Assembly (NCBI GenBank): GCA_051294905.1
Contig: CM119380.1
Location: forward strand, 23,746,001 to 23,810,000
DNA length: 64,000 bases
Direction of reading: 5' to 3'
DNA from: Botryllus schlosseri
Lineage: Eukaryota
Below are positions 1 to 13,865 of this stretch, piece by piece. A model generated the notes under the pieces. The model was given only the letters and a program-made list of their open reading frames with translations, was not told where the DNA came from and ran no database searches. Position 1 is the stretch's first letter, and each line of letters begins with the position of its first letter. The position numbers and the translations under genes are program-made.

Positions 1-466
1 TTATCTTCGACGATTCTGGTCGATATACAGACCACGAATACATTAGTACTCACCTCTCAAACGTGCGTGTATATAGCGCGGCGCGGATGCTTGTTTGGAT
101 GCTATGCGACAACGAATATGAATTGTATTCATTCGCAAATGTCACCAGACCAACGGCACCCAAGTGAAACCTTCATTCAACAAGAGCAAAAGATAGTTGA
201 CCAAACAGCAATAAGAGCACTGGTTGGTTCGCCGTTCGGTCTCATTTGTAGGCTAGTCATTAAGCTTTTCTGTGCCATAGCCATATAGCTTTACCGCAGT
301 GCGACGCGCATGATTTGGAATCGTCAAGTTTGCCTGTAGGCGTGAGTGATATTCGGTTGGTGGCGATGTTGAGAACTGCAAGTTTGTATTCTAGCATCAC
401 ACCTAGTTGGTTATGGAAAACATACGGCAAAACCAAAATTTCAAACCGAATTCAATCTTACGTGAT

Positions 467-561
467 GATCTGAAGCATACTGTACCCAGTGAACATTAAC
501 GCTGCGATACGAAGATCTGAAGCATACTGTACCCAGTGAACATTAACGCTGCGATACGAAG
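467..561 (+). repeat. 47-bp perfect tandem duplication
   Basis: GATCTGAAGCATACTGTACCCAGTGAACATTAACGCTGCGATACGAA occurs twice. Confidence 0.95.
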
Positions 562-3213
562 TGCGTGTTGAATGGGACAGTTGTGTCCTGTACAGAGGTG
601 GTCATATGGTCATCAACGAATCACTTCTTCTTTTTCGAAATACACAACATAGGTCAACTGCCGCCGCGAATGGTAATAATTTCATAAATTTTTATACTTA
701 TGTTTAACCGTTTTCAGTTCTCAGGCAAAACTATGCCTAGATAATACCCAATTTTTACAAATCGCTACTTCTAATTTTAATCGATCAGAAATTTACGACG
801 TTACTTCTATTTATACTTGAGCGCCAATAAGGTTTACTACTGCGACAACCTCTTGGCCTTGTCCCTATAAGGAAAATACTGTAAAGCAGGGGCGGACAAC
901 ATACACAGTCCGCGGGCCGATCCCGTCCCGCAGACAGTTTCAGGCCTTTCATAATTTGACCCGCGGCCAGGTCTACTTACATTTCCGAGTTAACATTTCC
1001 GACCATGCACATTAAGATGACAAAGCTGCGTTCCAGTCAAACAGATGTTCACAAGCAGTCTTTACTAAGGGTTTCTACGTCTTTTTCAAGAGGGATTAGA
1101 ACTTAACTAACTCTGTAGTAAACAAAATTTAATTGTTAAACACGAGTCGTCCAATTTCTAAGTTGTCAAATTTAGTTCGCAAGCATACATTTAGGTAAGT
1201 ATTGTAAGTAATGAATACTACTTCTATTCAATTCAATTTCTTGCTAAAAATATCATCATTTCAATACACTGCAAGACTGCGATACAATGAAAGATAGGAA
1301 GGTGTATACTTGAGTACAAAATAGTGGTAGCTCTTTGATGCCGACCATATCTGGCTCGTGCACTGTTACTGTTACAAACTCGTGCTGGGTCCGGGACATC
1401 ATTGGATTGTCCTCATCATCTACGTATATATCAATCAATTCTTTAGACAGCATGTAAGCACTTCGTATATCCTTCCTTGTCTGTCTGTGAGAACACAAGA
1501 TCCTTTCCTACTTTGGAATGACATAAAACATATTATCTATACATAATCCTATTTTAGACGGTGATTTATGACAATATCGTTTTGTGATCATCTGACGCTC
1601 TCGATTGATTGCACATGCAAGCGCTTTGTTGGTTCATCAGAGGATTATAGGAAGGCATTTTACATATGGCATGGATTTTAATGTGATTGAATTATACGGC
1701 TGTAGTACATCATTATGACCCCTTCGGAACCAATTTACTAGGATAAATGGTTCGTCATACAGAATTTGAAAATAGCTCGTAATGGAACATTCAGCACAAT
1801 ATGTTTCTTAATTTCCTCACATTCTTCAAAACTTTTCGATGGACTCTTGACAGGAAAAATCGCCAACGCAAAGGTAAATACAAATACTAAAATTAAAATG
1901 GAATAGTGCTGGGATTTAAAACCGCGACAGTATCACAACCCTATATTCTACATGCGAATGCAGAGGTTTACAACATGCAAAACTGACAATTTGTTTGATA
2001 TTGTATGATGAGGTGCTGCTGGTTTCACAACAGAGAATCTCATGGATTTGGGTGCTACGTCAGGGGTCGTCACGGATCTGCGGACTTTTTTTGAAAACTA
2101 ATTTTCTCTCTCGCAGAATGATCTTCAAAAACACATTGAATGACCATTCTAGTTTTAAAAAACACCACGAATACCACCGACAACGACAACCCCTAAAAGG
2201 GCAACTTCCACCAGCCCAGAATACACAACGTTGATATCTTAATTCAGCCATGATTTGTCATTCAAATTGTCCTAAATTGGCGTACAATGACTACACTATC
2301 CTCCGTTCAATGCAGAGTAGCGCTATTTTATGTGAATTTTGTCATAAATTCTCATCAAACTACTGGAAAATATAGATTCTAGACATCATGATACAGCTTG
2401 GTGCAAGGTATTTGAAAAAGATTAGATTTCAAAAATCGATGCTCGATCAGAATATCGGATTTTTAATTCCATCAATCGTCACCCTCATGTGATATATGAA
2501 AGACAGAAATCCGTGCGCTCGTCACTTATCATCAATAAGTCATTCACAGGATTATCATGTCCAATATTTGCGAGTTTGTTTCATGTCAAATCAACAATTG
2601 TTACGTTCACACTAACCGCAGTCAAGCGTGCATCATATGCGAGCTTGATGTCGATGCTCCCATAAAAATGCCCTACGTAAGCTTATTAACGAAGGTTTTG
2701 TGGCGTCAGTAGAGGTGATCCAGAATATCACGATATTGACCCGGGTCCCTGCTTACACGGAGATTTAATTATAATCTGTCACTTTTGGTTATCTAAATCA
2801 TCTGGTGGATTCCCACGCGATTTGCGATGCAAGTAAATTACACGCCGGTTTTGATGGAACAGCAAAGCGACTGGACAAGCATATAATTGAAAAGTGATTC
2901 TCCGCTAATTAACTTATTGGCTTGTGTTGCCGAATGTCAAATCGCTAGAATCCATTGTCAAATACATGTTGATATCAATACTGTGAGGGATTTGCCAACA
3001 TCTGCGCCCAGTACGTGAGAGAAATGGATGACAAAACATCGAAGTGTGTTATACGTCACGGGTTAATATTTCATGACGAAACATCGGGATTGTTTGGTGT
3101 CGAGAACGTCTCGTCAGGGACTCGAAACTTATCAGATTTGCGTCACGCGCAAACGCGGATGTTGAGGATAGGAATGGCTTGCAACATATCACTACATTTA
3201 TATCATATAGGCC

Positions 3214-3619
3214 TAGGGTTACCATATTTTGGAAATCTGAAAAGAGGACAGTTTTTTCAATTTCCAGACTTACAATACCGGTGTAATATCCGGAAATATT
3301 GGTCAATATATTCCGAGTTTGAGTTTGTTGACTAAAAAAAAACGAATCGAGTCCAGAAATATACACTTTCATTGAATTCTCCGTTGATTGACCAAAAACG
3401 GTCAACTTTCAGGCTCAACTCCCAAAATACCCGCCAGAACGTTACTTGAGTACTAATCTCCTATATCTCATTTGAATTTTAACTTACATATGGCCAAAAT
3501 TTTCAAAAAATAGGACACATCACCCAAAAAAGAGGACATTTGGGCGTCCTCCGAGGTCACTTTCAAAAATTTCAAAAAAGAGGACAAATTTTCTTAAAAG
3601 AGGACGTATGGTAACCCTA
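3214..3619. mobile_element. Blackjack-like hAT MITE (TAGGGTTACCATA TIR)
   Basis: 13-bp TIRs and GAGGACA subterminal repeats; TSD not conserved. Confidence 0.7.
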
Positions 3620-3622
3620 ATT

Positions 3623-4821
3623 CAGGGGTCGCCCACTCAAAATGGATCGCGGGCCACTTTTCAGAATTCGTCGAGGCCGCGGGTCGCATGACTTTAATAT
3701 CGAGATAAAAATAGGCAACGCTGTATAACAGCCACGGTTTGATAACTCTACGTCAGTACAACGCTAACATGGACGACGGGCAAATCGTGAGTAGCCATGT
3801 TATGAATAACCAGGATTCGTATTGTAGTCGCGCGAAGCGCGAAAACAATTTCATATTCTTGAGTGAATTTCGTCATTAGTATTAGTATCGTATCACATAT
3901 TAATATCAAATATTTATCCTTTCTCAGCCCATGTGATCATATTCATTGGTGGAATTGATGCAAGGGGCGTTTTCGAAAATTTAGGGAAGTTATTAAAATG
4001 ATGTGCTGCCTCTTTGGGTTGGCCAAGTGTTATTAGACTCCGTTGTTGCATGCTGTTGTTTCTCGACATCTCATCAGGATTGTCGATATAGTGGGAAGAT
4101 ATTGGATTCGTAGGACTACCAGAAATAAATTTCCGTTGTGGTGAGAAGAACACGACTACAAATTGGTATTTATCTATGGGGCGCATCATTTTCCTCTGCA
4201 GTTCGCATCTTCATTATGGGGCTCAGATTACAAAGGACGCTACTATATAAATATCGAAAGTCAACTCGCATTGAATCGCGTATAGCGCGAAGAAAATTTC
4301 AAGAATAATTTAAACTTCTCAATAATTAGGGAATCGATTCGTAAATTCAATTTGAATATTGACGGCCGCCAACACATTCTATTCAAAATAAGTGTCGACG
4401 GCCGCATAATTTTCCTTCTACAACCGCAGATTCGCCACAGCTGGACTAAAGAATCGATATTGTGGTTAGCTATAGACACGGTACTTGCTGGAAAACTATC
4501 TCCTCGTAAAGCTTGGTCTTTTGGTGGCCTGTAGTCGTTTTCTAAGCGTCTTGGTCTGGGCAGTGGTCGGCGATTGCACGTCAAGGCAATATGCCAATTC
4601 ATATAAGCAAATCTTCCGCCACGGAATGATATAACCATCGCCGAAGCCGTATCAGCTAGTGAGGAATAGTGACATTGGGCACAGGAATAACAACTACAAT
4701 ATGTTTAAACTGAAATCAATTTCACCATTTCAAAATGCTTTACTAAGCGTTCTTAAGAAATTTCAAATCAGGTCGCGGGCCGCAAAATATGACCTCGCGG
4801 GTCGCGTGTTGGTGACCCCTG
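3623..4821. mobile_element. Charlie-like hAT non-autonomous element
   Basis: TIR CAGGGGTCGCC / GGTGACCCCTG and TSD CCCTAATT / CCCTAATA (7 of 8 match). Confidence 0.8.
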
Positions 4822-5048
4822 CCCTAATAATTATCATTCATAATAATGGCATATAATGTGAGCGGCTGATTTGATCGCGTAAAGGTCGCCTCGCTGGCTA
4901 CCATTACACTGAAATATTTATCTTCGTTTTTTGAAATAAACTTTAATCATGTCTGTCTTTCTGCCTGTCTGTCAAATAGGCAAATGACGAAGGAGTTTAG
5001 GTACGGTGCGTATGAAGACGCGTTGGCTATTACCCCTATGCACCTGAT

Positions 5049-5772
5049 CAGTGACGTGCGGTGAGGTTCATGGCTAGTGAGGCACGGCCCCCACCCCCCC
5101 CCCCACACACACACACAAACACACACGCACGTAAAGTAGCCTACCTGATAAAGAGATCCAAAATGTGAATAACAACAGCAGCGGGTATAGAGAGCATTTT
5201 CTTTGCACACTGATAGCCGTTGCAATTCCACATTATACAATACATGTAGGCATATGCAAGTAGCTATCACATACTACAATTTAACCGAAAATAAATAACA
5301 GCTACATAAGTGAGGGAATGTATTTGCTCCGCATTACGTATTGGCCGTCGCTACTATATAATTCCTACAAGACAGTCAAGACTCAATACTGTTGTATTCC
5401 GAAATCGATAGCGCGTTTCACTGTGCTGCGATGGTCCAGTTGTTAGCGAATAGTGCATGAGGCAAATTCGTTTGTGCCTCACCTGGCTACTGTTTCTCTG
5501 CGATGGCATTGTTTGTAATAAAGCCGAATGTCACCTTCATTGGCGATTTTGAGGGGGTTCTGGTGGTCTGAGACTGTTAATATTTGGATTTTCGGAATCA
5601 GTGTGACGATAGCATTTGATTGTTACCAGTTGTTATGATTTAGTTATTTATGAACATCGATGTAAAATATCAATAATCATCGACTCATGGCGGGTTTTCA
5701 CAATTTTCACTTATTCGCCCTGACGACAGGTGAGGCACTGCCTCACCTGCCTCATTGGACCGCACGTCACTG
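5049..5772. mobile_element. hAT MITE (CAGTGACGTGCGGT TIR) containing a C/CA microsatellite
   Basis: Perfect 14-bp TIRs and an 8-bp TSD CACCTGAT. Relatives with GTGAGGCACTG motifs lie at ~58500-58920 and ~61385-61805. Confidence 0.88.
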
Positions 5773-6748
5773 CACCTGATTCTGGTGATGGCTGGCGGTC
5801 ACGGGATAATTTCTCGTAAATGCAGTATGCCCGCAGTACTTTGAAGCGAACCTAGGGTCCGTTCATTGTGGTCGTATGAACCACCGAGGCCCGTTATGCC
5901 AGCACTTATATTTGCCAGCATTCATCTTAAAATTAACTTACCTGACGATAAAACACTCGCCTGGCGGAGAAACGCGTGCGATGCGTTTATCGGAAAGTAA
6001 TTTTTCGTAATGATAGATAAATAGACAATAATTAATCCATTCATCTCGCCATATAAATGGTAAAGCAATTATTCCATTGATTGGCTAATGACGTGGAATC
6101 GCCACATCTTCAAAGTCACTCTGGTCACCTTCGGACAGAAATTATGGCGGGTTTCTGTTAAGCACAAATTTGGATAAGTAAATGAGGCACCCTGCGATCG
6201 AATGCGATAGATATTTAGCATAGCATGGTACTGTGTCCGGTATACGATTGGAATAACAAGAAGCTCAAAATATTGATTCATATTTTTGCTTCAATGTTGT
6301 CATCATGTGTGACAATATTAACTTAGAGCACTTCTTTCGTTGTTCCGATATACCAGTCGTGGTCCATTACGGTACAAATATTGGAAAGAACTTCGTCAAC
6401 ATCAATCGTCTTATGATTAGCGCAAATTATGTAAACATTTGCAAAATATTTTCTAGCAAATAGCATCCGCAACCCGCATGTCCAGAAAAGGTTGATGTTT
6501 TCCAAATGCCAAAATACAATTCCTCTTGGGTGTTGGTATTGCTAAATTATCGTCTACGCTACGTGTTTAGAAAAAGGAAACAGTCGAGTTATATTCAGAT
6601 TATAGGGAATTTCTAGCCAAATTCATCCTAAAAATCTTCTGAATTCGCCAGTTAACATAAATTAGGTTGATGTCAGTAAATCAGGGCTCCGGTTCTTAAT
6701 TTCCAGTTATTGTTATGTCAAATTACGTTATGACTGATTTGTCTACTG

Positions 6749-7462
6749 CAGGGCCGGCCAACCCGTGGCCCGCGAGAAGGTTTTGAGTGGCCCGCGAGGT
6801 AATTTCCGAAATTTCTAATATCATCAAAAATGGATTGCACAGATTTTGAGCTTGCAAGACCAACCAAAAATTTGATTAGTCTGGCTGCAATACTTGAGAT
6901 GTGATGACTAAAATATCAGTTCCAACGCATTGACAGATCCATCAGCCATTCACATATTGGTACATCTTCGTACACTACAATAAAGCAGAATAATTTGCGA
7001 TAGATTTATCAAAGGTAAAAATTTTCTACAAGCTTAGCGCAATATGTTGTCACTCGATTTCTTGTTTTTAATATTGCTGCCCTTTTGTGCAAATGGAAGA
7101 ACACCTAATGTATCAGATTGAGTCTAACTATATTCGCGATTACGAGACACAGTGTCGTTCATCATATGCGACCTTGCGTTTGCGCTCGCAGTTAGACCGT
7201 CCACCGTTAAACCTATGCGCGAAATGATTGACGCATGTTGGTCACAGCTTTCGATATCGATATGTCCAATTGTCCATGCGCCGAATAGCCCAGTCCTCGC
7301 AAACTTAGCCCAGCGATATACAGCAGGCCCGCAATATAGTCAAGCGACAATATCATTGACCTATGAACTTCAAAAAAATTTCGCGCTTCGCGCGGATAGT
7401 GGCCCGCGCAGAGGTTTGTCAATCGAATGTGACCCTTTGGCCGAAAAGGTTGGCCAGCCCTG
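6749..7462. mobile_element. Charlie-like hAT MITE
   Basis: TIR CAGGGCCGGCCAACC / GGTTGGCCAGCCCTG; imperfect TSD. Confidence 0.75.
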
Positions 7463-10400
7463 GCTACTGTGTAAGTGTGTATACTTGAGCGATACTCATT
7501 TGCATGGTATATTGAGGGCGTTATTACAGAATAGTATCAGAACCGCAACAGGCAATCTTGTCCAATGTGGCATTAGTTTGTTCAACGGGGTCTGATGTCA
7601 GTACAGCATACATAGAGCATTATATCGCAATAAATAGTTAATAATGTATGTTATTATGCTACCATCGCATTCGATTTGCCCTGCCATCATTGTCTGCAAA
7701 ATACACTGTCTTTGTCTAACTTCACGGGCAAATATTTAAACAACTGCCGTAAGATCAAATTCAAAACAAGATAATATGACTTGTCACTACTGGACTATTC
7801 CATTATGCAATAACACCTGTATAGGTGAGAATAACACGACTCTACAGCATACAGATGTCGTTGTTAGTTTTTCAGGAAACCTAATATTCCGTATACTTGC
7901 TTTGTAGCAGAATTTTATGTGTCATATCTGACTAGTATGAAAGTGTTTTCCAAAGAACCAGGAATAATCACCAATGACAAATATTGACTCTGCATTACGT
8001 ACCATAGAGCTCTTTCTATATTCAACACTTACTTGCGTGATCTCAGCGACACTGTCGTAAAGAAATAGGCTTGCTATCGCAGGCCCAAGCCAACGGGCGT
8101 ATCGATAACGTGTGAGCGCTGAGCACTGCGTAATCGCGTGTAGTAATGAATCGCGCATGGTTCAACAATCAGCATGTAAGTATACACATATTTGTTTTGG
8201 CAAACATCACAATTTGCTTCAAAACAATACTAACACGGCACTATACGCCGTCGAGTATATTTAGACAGAGTACGAAAGAAACTGATGAATAAGTGTGACG
8301 AAATTGTTTATCGGAAAGCGAAAAGTCGCTCTTACGTTTGTACAGTGCGTCACATTCTTGTCACTGCAATACCTTAGCGGTGCGTTGAGTTTAGTACATA
8401 GCGCTGGCGGGGCTTGAGATTTGACGGAGATCGGTAAAGGTTTAATTCCAACGAAATCATATCAACGTGCGTAAGTGCGTAGCTTGTACCGCCAAGTGCT
8501 TGTACCTTGACTAGTGACTTAGATTCCGTCTCTACGAGTGCGCGTACTCAATCGAGACTATTTATAGTGACAAAACAACTACTATGTAACGGCGTGCGTA
8601 AGACGAGTTTTGCATATTTACCATAGTACCTGTTCTCGGGCCACATATGGCGGCGATTGGTAAGCTTACGGGTGTTATAATGCCTGCATATAAATGTGAA
8701 ATGATAGAGATGTGTTCGTTAGTATATAACATTGTTATATTGAGATTGGTAGCCTACAGCTTTATTGAGTGCAGTTCAGCGGCAGGTAACATCAGTGTAT
8801 TGCGTAGAAAGTTCGGCCGGAATTGTTTGCTCTCCCGTTCTAGCATCAATGATGGCATTTTGTGAAACTGATCAGGACCCAAAGCCGGCCGTACGGTGGT
8901 ACGATGATCCTTCGATTTGATAAATTTCCATGGATTTACCTTGCCGCTTATGTCTGGTCAGTGGTCAGGTCATGCCTAATTGTGCGAGAGAATATTTCAA
9001 TTCGCTCGTTTACGCCCGATGTGTTTGCGTTTTATCTGATTATGATTCAGATCGCTGGCGATCAGTTTAGGCAAATATTTTGATGTCGCAGTATCGATTC
9101 GAGTATAGTAAACGAGTGACATCGCTGCGTAACAAAGCAGCATGAAGCAAATTCATGACGATGACAATCATACAATTCTACTTCCAAATATGATTCATGA
9201 CTGGAATTGTAATTAGATATATTTTGTTTCAGATGAAGACTAAGGTTTTTAGCCACGGCGCTGGTATATTTGGCAGAACATTCGTTTCAGGGGTCCGCGT
9301 GCCGCACAAATCGCGTTCTGTAGGCTATGTACAATTTTGTTCAAAAGCAAATAGTCGGGGGTAAGAGTAGTTAAGAAAGAACTCTGATATCGCGATCCAC
9401 TATTATACAATAGCAGTATCGACATTAAAATTGTGGAAGCCAGTAAAAGAGCTCCTTCTACTCAACTCTCCCACTGTGTTTTGAGCAAAATTGTGTCAGC
9501 TAGGTAGAGTGAATATGTGACTTGCGTTTGATCAGATCAGTTTTTGCTCGCCGTCGATAACATAATATATGGAACTATATGCTTTTTCTTGAAATTCGGG
9601 TTGAAGTGCGAAAAATCAATTTTTAGTTAGATCAACGGTCGCCAAGTATAAAACTTATTACTGTTTGTTTTATTGTGATTGAGCCTATATGATACACATA
9701 CCTTTGACGTTATTGCGCTAAACTCCGCGCGGAGAATTTCAGGATTGAATATCTGCGAGAATACGTTTGTTTTCAATCACGTGCTTACTAGAGGGATTGA
9801 GAGAACCGGGTCAAAAATACAATTACCATACTGATGGTGACATTGCCATCATTACAAGTAAATATACTTTATGAAACTGGTTTTTGTTGTTTGTGGTGCT
9901 CGTGGTGTTTTTAGTATACAATGGTCAATTACACCAGACCGATGTTTTTTATTGTGAATCCGTATCTGCCGACTTGTAGTGTAGCACGGCCCATTTCTGT
10001 AGGCTTTTATAAGACGCCGCTAAATGGGAGCAGACGGAACAGGTTAGCGAGGCAGTAGCGGTGAAGACATGCCGGGTTGATCCTACAGAGGTCTCCGAGT
10101 GTGAGATTGGTCATCTCCTCATCGCCACCAAAACCACGGAAGCCGTGTTTTGAGAGGCACCAAGTATCTTAAACAAACCCCACTTTCTTTATCTCATTTT
10201 TCAACCACAGTCGGGTGCTTTATAAATCAAACGGTTTGCGGTATGCATTTACACGGTCCGGCGATTTGTTGTGTTATGTGCAATACTTGGAGGTCTCAAA
10301 TGTCAAGCTCTCCCGATCGTTGGGATAAGCAGCTGATGCATGCCGTCGATTTGTCAGTTGTTGGCAAAATACAGATACGCGTTCGTTCAAATAAACTTCA

Positions 10401-11533
10401 TTTACGATGCCAAACCTTCCCACATATCATCGATCATATTGCTGTTAGCTATGCGGTGTGTGCTATGTATCTTTTATGACATCACAAATCGTTTTTATGT
10501 CGAGACAACACGGCTGTAAATATGCGGAATGGCGATAGTTTTAGAACACATTTTGATTGTTTTATGGTTCCTTTACAATTTAGGGTGACAAAGGCAAGAG
10601 TTGGTGTTAAAACAGTGAGGTGATAAAATTTTATAGAAACAACCCGTGCGGACTTATGTCGCGATGCTTCAGATCTAACACTTGTTTAGAGTGCTGTGTT
10701 GTAGATGGAGAAGTTAAATATGGCATTGGCTAATTGACCAATTTGTTTTCTTTTATAGCTCGGGTCAAAGAGATGCAAAATTGACATACCTACATAGTTC
10801 AAAATCGTTTCAGAGAATCCATACACGCAACCTCTTAAACTTTTGGACAACTGTCGTTTTCGCTCGGCTATAATGCTTACATTTCATTACCCACATCATA
10901 TTATAGCGGTAAAGTATTATGCATAGTTAAAATTACTGATACCTATCGTTGTTCAAGATTGCATTAATTAATAACAATGGCAACTCGGACAGGAACATAT
11001 GGGTAGGTAAAATATGTATAATTCGCTTCATAATGTAGCAGTTTTAACAGTGGGATGACCGGAATAAGGATGAACACATTATTTATTCTTCAAATCCTCT
11101 GGGTAACTGCAGTCTACGGTGTTGTGTAACAATGTCGTCTACCGGTCTGTATAGTCACGGAGATGCGATGTCCCGCCGGTAAATAGGGCGATAGGACGAT
11201 AGGATAACAGTTGTGAGTTCACTTCTTTGAGCATTGCGAAAAATCGCCCTTGTAGCGTGAGCGCTTATTTAGAAGTTGTAGAGCCCCACTGCTAATTTCC
11301 CAGCCTATATTCATCTATTTTGGCTCAAGCAATGCGGCTAGAGTTGTGTGAAAAAGAGAGTGACAGATCTCAAGTAGAGTTTATTTTTTAGCTTGTATAA
11401 TGTATATGTATATGTATTGTATCATGCCTGCGGTAATATGATGAATGTATTATCTTTTTTTCCTACGCGTTCTTCGATCTGCCGTACGAGAGTTGATAAA
11501 CTTCACCAAACTTCCTGGGAACGCATACGCGCG

Positions 11534-11745
11534 TCGAATATTCGCGACATAGTAGTTTCTATCGATAGTATTACCTCTTCGTGACGCGGTAGCTGTGTTT
11601 ACTTGATTCGAATATTCGCGACATAGTAGTTTCTATCGATAGTATTAACACTTCGTGCCGCGGTGGCTGTGTTTACTTGATTCGAATATTCGCGACCTGA
11701 TAGTATTTATCGATGGTATCATCGTTCGGTATAGCGGCAACTGTA
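11534..11745 (+). repeat. 74-bp tandem repeat, ~2.8 copies
   Basis: TCGAATATTCGCGAC recurs at 11534, 11608 and 11682. Confidence 0.9.
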
Positions 11746-13865
11746 TTTGCAATCAGACGAGGATGCTAGGTATTGAGGGAATGCCTCATAATGTCATAAG
11801 ATATATGTAAAGGAGTAGTGTAGCAGATATGTCAAGTTTCGGAAGTAAGTTATCGGATGCTGTCAAGTGCGTAATAGATAGTGGATGTATCTGATTGAGT
11901 ATTCGCTGCATTAATTGTTCCTCAATTGTTCCTTCGTACACCAGCAGCCTTGGCTAGCCGTTACTGTTAACTGCGTTCAGTTGTAAGATAAAAGGGTATA
12001 CTAAATTCGCAAGGTGCTTTATCCGAATTCAGTTTTTTTTTTCTGCTGATGATAAGTTTCACTTCTAGACCTCCGTGCAGTAATTATATCATCGGCGTTT
12101 ATCAGATTTTCGTTATTTTCCTAATTAAATTTTGTCAATACATGATAATTAGGGTTCAGAAATGACTATAATTGTGAAATTTTGCGCATATTCACTCCTT
12201 TTTGTCTTTGATGAATAGCAAATGACAACGACCAGTATAGAATACATTAAAACCACATATTGCGTAAAACCTAGTTTATATTTAAGGAATCGGTACGAAA
12301 ATACTGAATTAGGCGCCGTAATAATTATCGACTTTGCCAAGATCATGTCGTGTAAGCGCCGATTTGGTTACAATTACCAGGCCGCAACTCAAATACCATA
12401 AGTACTCCTTTATGTGCCCGCCGAGCGCGCCCTAGATTATGGCGAAGCGAGACCGGCACAGCCGACGTCGCAACGTATGTCCGCCATTTTGTGAAACCGC
12501 GAAAAAATCTTGTCGCGATTTAATTCTCAAATCTCTTCATCATGCGAATATAGAGACTATTCGAATATTCTTATAATGCACGTATGCGTGTTCGCCTATT
12601 TCAACAGAATTTCAAATGTCCAGACTTCGGACGATAGTCCGTAGAATATATCACCTAACCATCAATCGTGTAATTATCCCCGTCTGAGCGACTGCATGGA
12701 TAAGACTTCAAAGCCAAGGTCTTTTGTTTTGTTGACTCGTCGCGACCGATTTCGGAACACCTTATCAGCGATGTCTATACGCAGAACATATTATGTTTAT
12801 TGCGTATTATACGATCATTAAGGCGGTCCCTTATCAAAATCGATTAATTAGCGTTGGAACGTATATTCATATACCATCTTAAATGTGTTGCGCTTTGGCT
12901 CATCCGTATATATATTGGGATTTACATCCAAGAAGAGGCCAGATTATCTTCGATTGAGCTCAAACATATGTACGTCCTTCCGAGAGATTAGCGAATTATA
13001 TGGGGTAGTTGTCGTGCAGATATATCTTAGATACGGCAACTTCAGAGACATAGCGAGTTATTGTCATTACTATTTATTAATTATTTGTTTATGTTCATTT
13101 TCGTTAAATGCCAAGGTAGCGCTGGTTCCGTTATGCCACGGGCTTGTATAAATAGAATCCGTAAACATTGTCGGATGTATCCCCCTATAGCGGGTCTATT
13201 GAAATTCGTCAAGTGGTCGTAGACTTTATTTGATGAGTCGCGCTCTTCAATTACTGGCATTGTTCCCAAGCCGTAAAGGTAACATGTTTATAATTGACGT
13301 TATCATAGAAGTTTAGCATGTTTGATTAGTATAATCCTTGCGTAAATCCATGAAGTATTTCCTCGCTATTTAATGGTTATTAGTGGTGGCAATCGTAACG
13401 ACCACTATCCTACTGAGAGGCCCGCGGCTAGCTGTCATCTTGCGGCGCAGAATTTCAAACGATACTGTAATTTTCTGGCCCAATGATGAATTCTGGGAAA
13501 TCGGATCGTGCAAGTCGTTATATAAATATCTATGTTTCGACGAGATTTTTTCCGTTGTGAAATATCTTTAAATAAGCATAACCCCGGCACAATAGGCTTC
13601 AGTTGGATAGCAGGATTGACTTGATCATGCAAGCTGTTGCTATACAGAAGCCATCTCGAATACTGAAAAAAAAATCACAACCCCTGCACCAAAGGAAATA
13701 GTAGGCCAAGGTTGGGATGCTTTCCAGTAAATAACTTGAGAAGACAGTGTGTATGGTGCTATTATAATTGAACTTGTATATATACTTGTAGTTATTTGTT
13801 CAATAAACATCTTTCAATGCGTTTAGCTCGTAAGGTTACTATAAGCTCATAACAATATTTAACGA

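Noticed and set aside
1256-1498. Acidic 80-aa minus-strand ORF as an exon
   Set aside because: Its 3' part matches a repeat tail at ~46730-46810, which ends in AATAAA plus (GATT)n; more likely a retroelement remnant.
5938-5985. CTGACGA...GAAA-CGCG-TG hammerhead-like string
   Set aside because: The cleavage-site base would be G (not allowed), stem II does not start with a purine-pyrimidine pair, and stem I does not form.
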